From an uncultured Clostridia bacterium (GTDB lineage Bacteria; Bacillota; Clostridia; Tissierellales; Sedimentibacteraceae), in contig CAYQYY010000007.1 in assembly GCA_964421845.1 (NCBI GenBank), positions 46,804 to 110,803 on the forward strand: a DNA stretch of 64,000 nucleotides, read 5' to 3'. The position numbers were made by a program, and so were the translations under genes. Positions within the stretch are counted from its first letter, which is position 1, and the number at the start of each line of letters is the position of its first letter. The notes under the pieces were generated by a model, which had not been told where the DNA came from, ran no database searches, and was given only the letters and a program-made list of their open reading frames with translations. Of the stretch, positions 36,682 through 46,980 are shown piece by piece.

Positions 36682-37161
36682 CTAAATACCTAACATGCTG
36701 CCTATGGCTCTGAAAATTCCAATACCTCTTGGAAGAGGAACCATTAATAAATTTCCAAAAATAAATGTTATCAAATATCCGGAAAGCAAAGAAATTATTA
36801 CATTTGTTTTCAATTTTACCTTTAATATATACATCATAAAAATCAAATATATAACTGAAGAAATTAAAAAACCGATATACTTCATCAATATTATATACAA
36901 AGCTAATGAAACAATAGATATATAAAGATTCTGCGGATAAATAACATTTTCATCTTTTTCTTTCTTCAATTCACCGTTTTTATATTTCTTATAAGTAAAT
37001 GCAATTATAAAAAATTCTAATATAATTATAAGAGATAAAAGGATTTGAGGCCAGAATGCTGGCCCTCCTCCTGTATTAATATTCAAACCTTCAAATTGAA
37101 AGGTTAATGCTAATAAAATTGAAGATATTGCTAATATTACAATATGTACAATAAGCTCCAT
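36682..37161 (-). CDS. tctB: Tripartite tricarboxylate transporter small membrane subunit
   Basis: 159 aa, 4 TM, located between tctC and tctA. Confidence 0.7.
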   Translation of the reverse strand: MELIVHIVILAISSILLALTFQFEGLNINTGGGPAFWPQILLSLIIILEFFIIAFTYKKYKNGELKKEKDENVIYPQNLYISIVSLALYIILMKYIGFLISSVIYLIFMMYILKVKLKTNVIISLLSGYLITFIFGNLLMVPLPRGIGIFRAIGSMLGI

Positions 37162-37176
37162 ATTAAACCCCTTTCT

Positions 37177-38166
37177 TTATTTGATATAGCCAAGTTCCTT
37201 TAATATTTCCTTATATGCATTTATGTCTTCTTGTAAAAAAGCTGTAAATTCTTCGGAATCCATGTAACCTGGTCTTAGATCAAGCAAATTTGCTTTTTCA
37301 ATTTCCTTATATGATTCTGTATCTTTTGCTTGTTTGAAAATTTCTCTTAAATAATCAACTACATCTTTAGGAGTACCGGCTTTTACAAAGATTCCTCTCC
37401 AAATACCGTCTGTAACATTCCAGCCCTTATCCTTTGATATAGGTACATCCGGATACATTTCAATCTTTTGGTCTGTAAATGCAAGAAGAACTCTGATAGA
37501 ACCTGCATCAATTAAACTTTTTGTCGGTCCAAATTCTTCAAATTCTGCATCTATATGTCCGCCTAACAAAGCTGAACGCATATCTCCACCACTTTCAAAT
37601 GGTACATAATTAAGATCGATTCCTGCAGCTTTTTCAAATTTAGCTATAACAACTTCGTCAAATCCTGCTGCTCCTGTTCCACCTACAGTAATTTCACCCG
37701 GATGTTCTTTAGCATAAGCTATAAGATCTTCAATAGTTTTAAATTTACTGTTCTGTTCAACTTGGATAGAACCTGTATCATGTTGTACTCTTACTATTGG
37801 AATATATTGACTAAGGTCGTGAGGAGTTTTTCCTAATGCTACATTAATTGCATAATTTGAACCCTCTGCCCATATAGTATATCCGTCAGCAGGTTGATTA
37901 ACTACATAATCACCGCTTATAGCTCCTGAAGCACCACTCATATTAACTACATTAACTGATTGTCCCATTAAATCACCTGCCGGTTTAGCAATAGCCCTTG
38001 CGAAAACGTCAGTTCCACCGCCTGCGCCCCATCCGACTATCACTTGTATCGGACTTTTTGGATAATCAAATTCAGCTTCTTTACTATCTGTTTTGTTACT
38101 ACATCCTGAAACTATACTTCCTACCAACATAACTGCTAAAATAATACACAAATATTTTCTTTTCAT
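37177..38166 (-). CDS. tctC: Tripartite tricarboxylate transporter substrate-binding lipoprotein (Bug family)
   Basis: Lipobox LVGSIVSGC. GWGAGGGTDVFARA is a Bug/TctC signature. Confidence 0.85.
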   Translation of the reverse strand: MKRKYLCIILAVMLVGSIVSGCSNKTDSKEAEFDYPKSPIQVIVGWGAGGGTDVFARAIAKPAGDLMGQSVNVVNMSGASGAISGDYVVNQPADGYTIWAEGSNYAINVALGKTPHDLSQYIPIVRVQHDTGSIQVEQNSKFKTIEDLIAYAKEHPGEITVGGTGAAGFDEVVIAKFEKAAGIDLNYVPFESGGDMRSALLGGHIDAEFEEFGPTKSLIDAGSIRVLLAFTDQKIEMYPDVPISKDKGWNVTDGIWRGIFVKAGTPKDVVDYLREIFKQAKDTESYKEIEKANLLDLRPGYMDSEEFTAFLQEDINAYKEILKELGYIK

Positions 38167-38517
38167 AAAAACCCTCCAAGTTTTTTAGTTTTAATTTTGC
38201 ATCATTAATATCAAATTTGAAAATTGTATATCTATTTTATTGTTATTGTTCGCCTCCCTTTTAATTGATAAAGTAAAAGAAAATGTTTTCCATTGCTATG
38301 CAATTTTCTCTTTTTGAATAAACTTATATTATCAAATGTTCTTTTTGTAATCAATTTTAGTAACTTAATTAGCACAATTCCTGTTTTAATCTTAATTTAA
38401 ATAACAAAAATTACATAACTTTAATTACAAAAGTACCCATGAAAACGATTATTTGATATACTATAATTAAATTACACTTCGTGATACCGCTATTAAAATG
38501 CAGATGGGAGAATTAAT

Positions 38518-38901
38518 ATGAGAAATATAAGAACCATTATTATTGAAGACGATCCATTAGTATTATCAATTAATTGCAGATTTCTTGAAAAGGTGGGCGG
38601 ATTTGAAATAATTGATGCAGAAAATACCGGAAGAAGCGGAATTGATAAAATTAAAATGAATAATTACGATTTAATTTTATTGGATATGTATATACCGGAG
38701 TTGAATGGTTTAGAAGTGGCAAGAGAAATTAGAAAATGTAATATATCTACGGATATAATTATAATTACTGCAGCTGCGGATCCGGATTTAGTAGTTGAAT
38801 TTTTGAACCTTGGAGCTGTAGATTACATATTAAAACCATATAATTTCTCCATATTCTCTAAGTCAATGAACAGATATAAAAACTATTTTGCCCAAATGTG
38901 A
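38518..38901 (+). CDS. Stand-alone receiver domain (CitB/DcuR-type response regulator lacking the HTH output domain)
   Basis: 127 aa. Aligns by eye over its whole length with residues 1-125 of the 242-aa regulator at 43170 (IIEDDP.VL.IN.RF, LLD.Y.PE.NGL, IIITAA.D, DYI.KPY.F) and stops where the linker would begin. Confidence 0.75.
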   Translation: MRNIRTIIIEDDPLVLSINCRFLEKVGGFEIIDAENTGRSGIDKIKMNNYDLILLDMYIPELNGLEVAREIRKCNISTDIIIITAAADPDLVVEFLNLGAVDYILKPYNFSIFSKSMNRYKNYFAQM

Positions 38902-39010
38902 CGGTTACAAAATTTACTTATGTTACATTAATTCCGAAATATTGGAACTTTAAAAATTTTGTGTATAATGAAGCAAATCAAAATTTTTAAAAACACAAGG
39001 AGGAATTTAG

Positions 39011-39736
39011 ATGTATATTGATCAAGAAAAATGTGTACAATGTAAGGCCTGTATTCCATACTGCCCTATGAGAGCCATAGCTTATGACAACAATAAGGAT
39101 ACAGTTGAAATCGATTTTGATGAATGCGTAGAATGCGGTGTTTGTAAGTATGCAGGTGTATGCCCGACTGATGCTTTAACACAACAAGAAATGGAATATC
39201 CAAGAATTTTAAGAAGTCAGTTTTCCAATCCAATTGTTCCACATCCGGGAACAGGAGTTCCGGGAAGAGGAACTGAAGAGATGAAGACAAATGATGTAAC
39301 AGGAAGATTTAAAAGGGGAATGGTTGGCATTGCAATTGAAATGGGAAGACCGGGCACAGGAACAAGATTATATGATGTAGAAAAGGTTGCAATGGCATTA
39401 GCTAAAGAAGGTGTGCATTTCGAGCCATACAATCCTGTAACACAATTAATGGAAGATGTTAATACAGGAAAAATGAAAAAAGAAGTACTTAATGAAAAAA
39501 CGTTATCTGCAATTGTTGAATTTGATATTCCTCAAAGTAAATTAGCATCTGTATTTGAACGCCTGAAAACAGTAATACCTGAAATTGATACCGTATTTAG
39601 TTTAGACTTAGCATGCCGACTTAATGAAGATGGTTCAAATCCGGTTGTAAAAATTGCAGAAGAAGCAGGTTTTAAAGTATCTGTAAATGGAAAAATGAAT
39701 GTAGGTCTTGGCAGACCTTTAGCAAAGGAGGCATAA
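39011..39736 (+). CDS. 2x[4Fe-4S] ferredoxin-domain protein with about 180-aa C-terminal domain of unknown function
   Basis: CVQCKACIPYCP and CVECGVCKYAGVCP cluster motifs in the first 60 aa. Confidence 0.7.
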   Translation: MYIDQEKCVQCKACIPYCPMRAIAYDNNKDTVEIDFDECVECGVCKYAGVCPTDALTQQEMEYPRILRSQFSNPIVPHPGTGVPGRGTEEMKTNDVTGRFKRGMVGIAIEMGRPGTGTRLYDVEKVAMALAKEGVHFEPYNPVTQLMEDVNTGKMKKEVLNEKTLSAIVEFDIPQSKLASVFERLKTVIPEIDTVFSLDLACRLNEDGSNPVVKIAEEAGFKVSVNGKMNVGLGRPLAKEA

Positions 39737-39739
39737 CAA

Positions 39740-40381
39740 ATGACACATACTTTACATAGAAGCGGATCTTACGAAAGCTTATCAAATGATTATGTAATAT
39801 TTGCTATAGCGGCACAAACTGTTAATGCAAAAGGTATAGCACCTCAATTTAAAACATTTGCTGACATAGTATTAAAGTACAATCCTGTAAACTTTGGTGA
39901 TATGAAAACTGGAAATGTTTACGGTGTAGGAATAGATGAAATTAAAGAAGGTTACAAAGACAATTCTATAGTACATGCAGTATTCAAAGATCAAGAAACT
40001 TTAACAAAAGCATTGAAAGAAGTTAAAGATGCACACTTAGATTTATCCATAGTGCTTTCAGGTATAATTGAACATTCAAACCAATGCTGTTCAAAAGCTG
40101 ACATAACACCGCATACCGTAGAACACTCTTTGGGTATACACGGTAGATTAGATTACTTGCCGGATGAAAAAGTTCTTGAAGTAAGCACAATGTGCGGACA
40201 TGGTATGGTTGCTTTTCCATTAATAGAAGACTTAGCTGAAAAAGTTGCAAAAGGCAGATTAACACCTGAAAAAGCCGGTGAAAAATTAGCTAAACAATGT
40301 CACTGTGGTGTATTTAATACTAAACGCGCTGAAAAATTAGTTTCTGATATAGCAGAAGAACTAAAAGCAACTAATGCATAA
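39740..40381 (+). CDS. Conserved-looking hypothetical protein with C-terminal Cys/His motifs
   Basis: 213 aa. AAGGAGG RBS, 3 nt after the upstream stop. Contains NQCCSK, TMCGHGMV and QCHCGVF. Confidence 0.55.
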   Translation: MTHTLHRSGSYESLSNDYVIFAIAAQTVNAKGIAPQFKTFADIVLKYNPVNFGDMKTGNVYGVGIDEIKEGYKDNSIVHAVFKDQETLTKALKEVKDAHLDLSIVLSGIIEHSNQCCSKADITPHTVEHSLGIHGRLDYLPDEKVLEVSTMCGHGMVAFPLIEDLAEKVAKGRLTPEKAGEKLAKQCHCGVFNTKRAEKLVSDIAEELKATNA

Positions 40382-40416
40382 AGTGTTTAGAACATCTCTA
40401 TATATGGGAGGTAGTT

Positions 40417-41433
40417 TTGAAAACAAGGGCAGTTTTATTAAAGGATAAAGGCGAGCTCATAATAACGGAAAGAGAATTAGTTGTAGGTGATACTGATGTG
40501 CTGGTAAAGACAGAGTATGCATCTATTTGCGGCACAGACAAAAATATATATTTAGGCAGCGTTTCACAAGAACATTTTACGATGGAATTACATGGTAAAG
40601 GCAATCCTTTATATAATAACAGAGAAGTGCCAAAAATGCCCTTTTGGATAGGACATGAAGGCGGGGGAATTGTTGTTGAAGTTGGGAAAAAAGTGCATGA
40701 ATTTAAACCGGGTGATAGGGTAATGTCCTTTGGTTGGTCCGGCACATATGCAGATTATTTTGTTTCTCCTGTAAAAAACTTAGAAAAAGTTCCTGATGGT
40801 TTGGATATGAGAATTGCATCATTAGGCGAACCTATCGGATGTGCTATGTTTTCAGCGATGAATTCGGGGGTTAATTTAGGTGACACCGCTGTTGTTATGG
40901 GTACCGGATTTGCCGGATTGGTGATTATACAGGCATTAAAAAAGAAAGGTGCACATAAAGTAATAGCAGTTGATAAGTCGGATAAAAAGCTTGAAATTGC
41001 AAAAGAAACAGGTGCAGATATAACAATTAATGCAGATAGGGAAAATGTTATTTCAACAATTCTGACACATACAGATATGAAGGGAGCAGATTTAGTTGTT
41101 GAAGCTGCAGGGACAGAAGAATCTTTCAACAATGCAACTTCAATCTTGAAGCATAATGGTATTTTTGTACTATACAGTTATATTACTAAACCGATAACTG
41201 TAAATATTGGAAGATGGCATGATGATTCTTTTGAAATAAGGACAACTTGTTTGGTACATCATACAGAAAACGAAAGACAGGTATGGGTTCCTTGGGTTTT
41301 AAGACCTATTGTCCTAAGACAAATAAATATTGACAAACTAATCACTCATGAATTTAAATTAGAAGATGTAAAAGAGGCATTCAATGTTGTTTGTAACAAT
41401 CAAGAAGCCATTAAAGTAATGTTAAAACCATAA
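40417..41433 (+). CDS. Zinc-dependent medium-chain alcohol/polyol dehydrogenase
   Basis: GHEGGGIVVEVG zinc motif, structural Cys (SICGTD) and Rossmann GTGFAGL. TTG start after a GGGAGG RBS. Confidence 0.85.
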   Translation: MKTRAVLLKDKGELIITERELVVGDTDVLVKTEYASICGTDKNIYLGSVSQEHFTMELHGKGNPLYNNREVPKMPFWIGHEGGGIVVEVGKKVHEFKPGDRVMSFGWSGTYADYFVSPVKNLEKVPDGLDMRIASLGEPIGCAMFSAMNSGVNLGDTAVVMGTGFAGLVIIQALKKKGAHKVIAVDKSDKKLEIAKETGADITINADRENVISTILTHTDMKGADLVVEAAGTEESFNNATSILKHNGIFVLYSYITKPITVNIGRWHDDSFEIRTTCLVHHTENERQVWVPWVLRPIVLRQINIDKLITHEFKLEDVKEAFNVVCNNQEAIKVMLKP

Positions 41434-41461
41434 TACTTATATATTCATCTTCACTCACTTA

Positions 41462-41493
41462 AAGCTGGTAACAAAAGACTTTGTTACCAGCTT
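41462..41493 (+). terminator. Hairpin terminator after the dehydrogenase gene
   Basis: 14-bp perfect stem AAGCTGGTAACAAA / TTTGTTACCAGCTT with a 4-nt loop. The T-tract is weak. Confidence 0.55.
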
Positions 41494-41568
41494 ATTCATT
41501 AATGTTGTATTTTCAGTAATTTTGTGATATTATAGAGATAAACGTTTACTTACAGAAGAAGGTGTGAA

Positions 41569-43167
41569 ATGAAGAACTTTTTTTTCAACAAAACACTTGA
41601 GAGAAAAATTAGCTTTTTAGTGATAATTGTAACTTTTATTTCTCTTTTAACTATGGGATTTTTGACAGGAAATCTTATTAATGAAAATTCTAAAAATGAG
41701 TTGGGTAAAAGAGCTTTAGAGTTATCTAAGTTTATATCTACACTTGAAATTGTCAAAAGTGCATATAGAAGCGATAATCCAACAGAAATATTACAACCGA
41801 TTGCAGATTCTTTGCAAACTAAAGAGTTAGCTTCTTTTGTTGTGTTTATGGATATGGAAGGTATTAGATTAACACATCCTACACCAGAACTTGTTGGTCT
41901 TCGATTTACCGGCGGAGATGAGATAAATGCATTTAAAGGAAAATCTTACTATTCTGAAGCGGTAGGCATTTCAGGACCGTCAATAAGGGGATTCAGTCCC
42001 ATATATGACGAAAACAATATTCAAATCGGAGTAATTTCGGTTGGTATGTTTAAGGATAGCATTGATCTTTTGTTAAGACAAAATCTGAAATTAGTTTTTT
42101 ATGCTGTTCTTTTAGGTATGTTTGTAGGAATAATAGGCGCAAAGATACTTGCAAGAAACATAAAACAAACTATGTACGGGATGGAACCAAGAGATATAGC
42201 AGAGCTTTTGCAACAAAGAAATACAATTTTAGATTCGGTTAAAGAAGGAATAATTTTTACAGATAAAGAAGACAGAGTTGCTTTAATAAATTCAACCGCA
42301 AAAGGGATGCTGTCAATAGAAAGTGATGCCATCGGCAAGAAGGTCGATGAGGTTTTACCAACTACTCGTATGCATATTGTAAGACAAAATGGCATAAATG
42401 AATTTAACGCACAACAAAAGGTTAATGATGTTGTAATCATAACAAACCGTAAGATTGTAAGAGTTGATGATGAAATTATCGGTGTAGTGGCAACATTCAC
42501 AGAAAAGGGAGAAGTCCAAAGATTGGCAGAGGAGCTGACAAATACAAGAGAATATGCAAATGGCTTAAGAGCTAAATCTCATGAATTTAAGAACAAATTA
42601 CAAACAATACATGGTTTAATTGAACTTGAAGAATACGAAGAAGCAAAAAGAGTAATATCATCCACATCAATGAAGGAACAACAGATCATATCATTTTTGA
42701 ATGATAGGATAAAAGATCCTTCGACTGTCGGTTTTCTTTTAGGAAAATTTAAAGATACAGAGGAAAAGGGTATAACCTTAGAACTAAGCAAAGAATCATA
42801 TTTGAAAAAATTACCGCCGACATTTTCATCTGATGATATGGTCTTGATACTTGGAAACTTAATAAATAATTCAATCGATGCAATATTATCTTCACCTAAT
42901 AAATCAAAAGGAGTTATCACAATAAATATATCAGATTATGAAAATCACTTAATAATAACTGTACAGGATAATGGTCCCGGCTTATGTTTAGATAAAGATA
43001 AAATTTTAGAAAAAGGTGTTTCATCTAAAGAAGGAAACAGAGGTTTTGGGCTGTATTTGATAAACTATCAAGTAACAAATATATACGAAGGAACTTTTAC
43101 AATTGATAATTTGGAGAATAAATCAGGTACAATAGCAACTGTTACTATATCTAAGAAGGAGATTTAA
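41569..43167 (+). CDS. CitA/DcuS-family sensor histidine kinase
   Basis: 2 TM flanking an extracytoplasmic Cache/PAS-like domain, a cytoplasmic PAS, H-box KSHEFKNKLQTIHGL (SpoOB-like) and ATPase DNGPG...GFGLYL. Confidence 0.85.
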   Translation: MKNFFFNKTLERKISFLVIIVTFISLLTMGFLTGNLINENSKNELGKRALELSKFISTLEIVKSAYRSDNPTEILQPIADSLQTKELASFVVFMDMEGIRLTHPTPELVGLRFTGGDEINAFKGKSYYSEAVGISGPSIRGFSPIYDENNIQIGVISVGMFKDSIDLLLRQNLKLVFYAVLLGMFVGIIGAKILARNIKQTMYGMEPRDIAELLQQRNTILDSVKEGIIFTDKEDRVALINSTAKGMLSIESDAIGKKVDEVLPTTRMHIVRQNGINEFNAQQKVNDVVIITNRKIVRVDDEIIGVVATFTEKGEVQRLAEELTNTREYANGLRAKSHEFKNKLQTIHGLIELEEYEEAKRVISSTSMKEQQIISFLNDRIKDPSTVGFLLGKFKDTEEKGITLELSKESYLKKLPPTFSSDDMVLILGNLINNSIDAILSSPNKSKGVITINISDYENHLIITVQDNGPGLCLDKDKILEKGVSSKEGNRGFGLYLINYQVTNIYEGTFTIDNLENKSGTIATVTISKKEI

Positions 43168-43169
43168 GA

Positions 43170-43898
43170 ATGTATAAAGTTTTTATAGTGGAAGATGATC
43201 CGATGGTATTAAATATAAATAAAAGATTTACTGAAAAAATAGAATATTTTGAAGTTGTCGGTACTTCAAGAACCGGTAAGAAGGCACTTGAAGAAATTAT
43301 CGGAACGGAACCGGATTTAGTTCTTTTAGACGTTTATCTTCCTGAACAAAACGGGCTAAAGCTTTTACAAGAAATAAGATCCACTGAATTTTATCCCGAG
43401 GTTATAATGATTACTGCTGCCAATGATGCTGATACCGTAGAAAAAGCTTTTAAATTGGGCGTATTTGATTATATCGTTAAACCTTACAGCTTTTATAGAT
43501 TCAAACAATCTCTGATATCATTCTCTAATAAAATGGAAACAATAAAAAGAAAAAACAGTGAGCTGTCACAAAATGATATTGATAAAATCAATTTTTCAAT
43601 AAATACTAATGAACCATTGCAGTCAGTCGTCGCCAAAACTATTGAACCTCCTAAAGGTATAGATAAATTTACCTTGGACAGGATTAGGGAAGCAGTAGAA
43701 AACAGTCCGGTACCGGTATCAAGCAGTGACATGGCAGATGCTCTTTGTTTATCAAGGATTACTACAAGAAAATATCTTGAGTATTTAGCTGATGAGAAAA
43801 TTATAAGAGTGGATCTTAAATACGGAAGCTTCGGAAGACCAACCAGGTTATTCTTCAATCCCGATATTGTAGATTTCAATAAATTTAATGTTGATTGA
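43170..43898 (+). CDS. CitB/DcuR-family response regulator
   Basis: Receiver domain plus C-terminal HTH (SSSDMADALCLSRITTRKYLEYL). Confidence 0.85.
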   Translation: MYKVFIVEDDPMVLNINKRFTEKIEYFEVVGTSRTGKKALEEIIGTEPDLVLLDVYLPEQNGLKLLQEIRSTEFYPEVIMITAANDADTVEKAFKLGVFDYIVKPYSFYRFKQSLISFSNKMETIKRKNSELSQNDIDKINFSINTNEPLQSVVAKTIEPPKGIDKFTLDRIREAVENSPVPVSSSDMADALCLSRITTRKYLEYLADEKIIRVDLKYGSFGRPTRLFFNPDIVDFNKFNVD

Positions 43899-43945
43899 CA
43901 ATTAATTGTACATATCTTTCTTTACATAAATGGAGGACATATTTT

Positions 43946-44485
43946 ATGAAAGAACTTTTAGATATATATTTTACCTTTTTTAAAATAAGCTCTATTACCT
44001 TTGGTGGAGGTATGGCGATGCTGCCTATACTTCAAAAAGAATTGGTTGAAATTAAAAAATGGGTGACAGATGAGGAAATTATTGATTATTTTGCTCTAAG
44101 TCAAAGCATGCCGGGTATAATTGCTGTAAATGTTGCCTCATTTATCGGATTTAGAAAAAAGGGTCTATTAGGAGAAATAACAGCCGGCTTAGGAATTATT
44201 TCTCCATGTATTATTATAATTTTATCAATAGCACCATTTATAGAAAGCTTCAAAAAAATAGAAATTATTCAACATGCATTTGCCGGTATAACAATCGGAG
44301 TATCAGCACTTATTATCAGTGCTGTAGTAAACTTATGGAAAAAAAGCGTTGTTGATAAAATTTGTATTATACTATTTTTGATGACTTTTTTTATTATGAT
44401 ATTTTTTGATATTTCTCCGATAATATTGGTAATAGTAAGTGCGATGACAGGTATTATAGTAAAAAAGACGGGTATTAGCTTATGA
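43946..44485 (+). CDS. Chromate transporter (CHR) family half-protein
   Basis: ATG at 43946 follows a GGAGGA RBS. FGGGMAMLP motif. Confidence 0.8.
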   Translation: MKELLDIYFTFFKISSITFGGGMAMLPILQKELVEIKKWVTDEEIIDYFALSQSMPGIIAVNVASFIGFRKKGLLGEITAGLGIISPCIIIILSIAPFIESFKKIEIIQHAFAGITIGVSALIISAVVNLWKKSVVDKICIILFLMTFFIMIFFDISPIILVIVSAMTGIIVKKTGISL

Positions 44486-45054
44486 TAATTTTAAAACTGT
44501 TTTATGAATTTTTCTTAATCGGCTTATTTACTTTTGGCGGAGGTATGGCTACAATTCCATATTTAAAAGATTTAGCCGAAAGAACAAATTGGTTTAAAGT
44601 TTCATTTATTACGGATATGATTGCCATATCAGAATCAACGCCGGGCCCTATAGGTATTAATATGGCCACATTTGTCGGCTACAAGGTTGCAGGTGTATTG
44701 GGAGGATTAGTCGCCTCTGTTTCTGAAATAATTCCTTCTATTATTTTAGTAGCATTAGTTTCTAAATTTTTTAATAAATTTAACAATAATGAAAATATTA
44801 ATAACGGCTTTTATGGAATAAGACCTGCAGTAACTGCTTTAATTGCATCAGCAGGTTTAGAAGTTCTTTATATCTCAACGGTCAAATCAAATATTTTCTT
44901 AATTGATAATATTAACAGCTTGATTGAATATGTGGATTTTTTTGAAATTATAATGTTTTTTGTAATATTATATTTAATTTTAAAATATAAAAAGCATCCT
45001 GTTTTTTATATAGTACTCTCGGGTTTGGTTGGTATAATATTTAAGCTTACATAA
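44482..45054 (+). CDS. Chromate transporter (CHR) family half-protein, partner subunit
   Basis: FGGGMATIPY motif. ATGA start/stop overlap with the upstream half. Confidence 0.8.
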   Translation: MIILKLFYEFFLIGLFTFGGGMATIPYLKDLAERTNWFKVSFITDMIAISESTPGPIGINMATFVGYKVAGVLGGLVASVSEIIPSIILVALVSKFFNKFNNNENINNGFYGIRPAVTALIASAGLEVLYISTVKSNIFLIDNINSLIEYVDFFEIIMFFVILYLILKYKKHPVFYIVLSGLVGIIFKLT

Positions 45055-45092
45055 AAAGCGAAGAATCTATACAAGATTCTTCGCTTTTCTTA
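45053..45092. terminator. Bidirectional hairpin terminator (overlaps last codons of the minus-strand permease gene)
   Basis: 14-bp stem AAAAGCGAAGAATC / GATTCTTCGCTTTT. T-rich on both sides. Confidence 0.7.
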
Positions 45093-46980
45093 TTTGATAT
45101 AAAAGTGCAAGCAGTAGTATTGTAAAACCGATAATGTCAGTTGCAACGCCCGGATCGATGAGCATCAACCCACCTGCTAAGAAAACAGCTCTTTCAAATT
45201 TGTTTGCATGTGTGAGGAAGTAACCTTCCATGGCAGAACTTATTCCGATCATACCGATGATTGCTGTTATAACCATCAGAACAATTTTTAATGGTGTGGT
45301 ATCAATAAGCAGTATGGCAGGGTTTAAAACAAACATATACGGTATTATAAATGCCGCTATAGCAAGCTTACTTGCTTGTATTCCTGTCTTTAGCGGATTA
45401 CTCTTTGCAATTGCGCTTCCGGCAAAGGCAGCTAAGGCAACCGGTGGAGTTATATCAGCAATTATACCGAAGTAGAATGTGAACATGTGCGCTGCTAGCA
45501 CCGGAACTTCAAGTAACACTAATGCCGGAGCCGCGATGGTTGATGTTATAACATAGTTTGCGGTAGTGGGAGCGCCCATGCCTAATATTAAAGATGTAAT
45601 CATTGTGAAAAACAACGTTAATATTAACTTACCACCTGACAGTGTAACCAATCCATTACCTAATTTAAGCCCTAATCCGGTCAATGTAATAGTTCCGACT
45701 ATAATACCGGCACAAGCACAGGCAACAGAAACTCCAAGAGCATTTTTAGCGCCTTGTTCTAACGCTTCCAATATATTTTTTAAACTTAATCTTGTGGATT
45801 TTCTGAAATAGCTGGTTATAACCGCAAGCCCTAAACCGGACAGTGCAGCTTTAACAGGCGTGGAGCCCTCCATTAAGAAATAAACTATTCCTACTAACGG
45901 AATGAACAAATACCCCCTGTCAAGCATAACTTTTGAAAGTTTAGGCAGTTCATCCCTGCTCATGCCTCTCATACCTAATTTTTTAGCTTCAAGGTGCACA
46001 CTTATAAAGATACCGGTGAAATATAACAGAGCCGGTATTATTGCAGCTTTTGCAATTTGTGAATATGGTATGCCAATGAACTCTGCCATTAAGAATGCGG
46101 CAGCGCCCATGATAGGCGGCATTATTTGACCGCCGGTTGAGGCAGCTGCTTCTACTGCTGCAGCAAATTCCGGTTTATATCCTAAGCTTTTCATTAAAGG
46201 AATAGTAAAGCTTCCTGAACCAACTGTATTGGCAACAGAGCTGCCTGAAACAGTTCCTTCTAAAGCACTTGTTATTACTGCAACTTTAGCTGGTCCTCCC
46301 GCTGCAAAGCCGGCAACAGAGTTAGCTAAATCAATAAAAAACTCTCCGATTCCTGTTTTCTCCAAGAAAGAGCCAAGCATTATAAAAAGAAATATAAATG
46401 TTGCCGCAACCCCTAATGGAATACCTATGATACCTTCTGTAGTGTAATACATATGTCCTACAATTCTTGACAAAGAATAACCTCTGTGGTTTAAGAAGCC
46501 GGGCATGTAAGGACCAACAAATGCATAAACAAGAAAAACCGTTGCGATTATTGCAATGGGCAATCCAACAACTCTTCTTGCTCCTTCAAGAACCAAAATT
46601 ATTGCAACAATTCCTATTGCAATATCCATAGCGTTTTGATCACCTGCTCTTAAAAGAAGAGCTTCAAAGTTTAATGAAATGTACATTGCTACCGAAAAAC
46701 CGATTATTGCAAGCAAAACATCAATCAACCCGAATTTTTTCCTATCGGATTTTTTAGATGCAGGATACAATAAGTATACCAATGCAAAAATAAAAGCCAA
46801 ATGTATAGATCGCTGTATCTGGGCAGGTAATATTCCAAATATTGCGGTATAAAGCTGAAAAATTGCAAATATTATTGCAACTGCAGAAACAATTTTAGAT
46901 TGTATTCCGCTTAATCTCCTGTAAGATGATTCCTTGTCGTATTTGGCCATTATTTCATCAATATTTAAATTTTCATCCAT
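45067..46980 (-). CDS. TRAP transporter fused permease (TAXI-type, DctQ-DctM fusion)
   Basis: 637 aa polytopic protein. Gene order TAXI receptor - DUF1850 - fused permease. Confidence 0.85.
   Translation of the reverse strand: MDENLNIDEIMAKYDKESSYRRLSGIQSKIVSAVAIIFAIFQLYTAIFGILPAQIQRSIHLAFIFALVYLLYPASKKSDRKKFGLIDVLLAIIGFSVAMYISLNFEALLLRAGDQNAMDIAIGIVAIILVLEGARRVVGLPIAIIATVFLVYAFVGPYMPGFLNHRGYSLSRIVGHMYYTTEGIIGIPLGVAATFIFLFIMLGSFLEKTGIGEFFIDLANSVAGFAAGGPAKVAVITSALEGTVSGSSVANTVGSGSFTIPLMKSLGYKPEFAAAVEAAASTGGQIMPPIMGAAAFLMAEFIGIPYSQIAKAAIIPALLYFTGIFISVHLEAKKLGMRGMSRDELPKLSKVMLDRGYLFIPLVGIVYFLMEGSTPVKAALSGLGLAVITSYFRKSTRLSLKNILEALEQGAKNALGVSVACACAGIIVGTITLTGLGLKLGNGLVTLSGGKLILTLFFTMITSLILGMGAPTTANYVITSTIAAPALVLLEVPVLAAHMFTFYFGIIADITPPVALAAFAGSAIAKSNPLKTGIQASKLAIAAFIIPYMFVLNPAILLIDTTPLKIVLMVITAIIGMIGISSAMEGYFLTHANKFERAVFLAGGLMLIDPGVATDIIGFTILLLALLYQIRKAKNLV

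Noticed and set aside
42099-43879. Reverse-strand ORFs of 133, 113 and 128 aa opposite the CitA/CitB-type genes. Also 40398..40745 and 40755..41132 opposite the dehydrogenase.
   Set aside because: Shadow ORFs of motif-supported genes.
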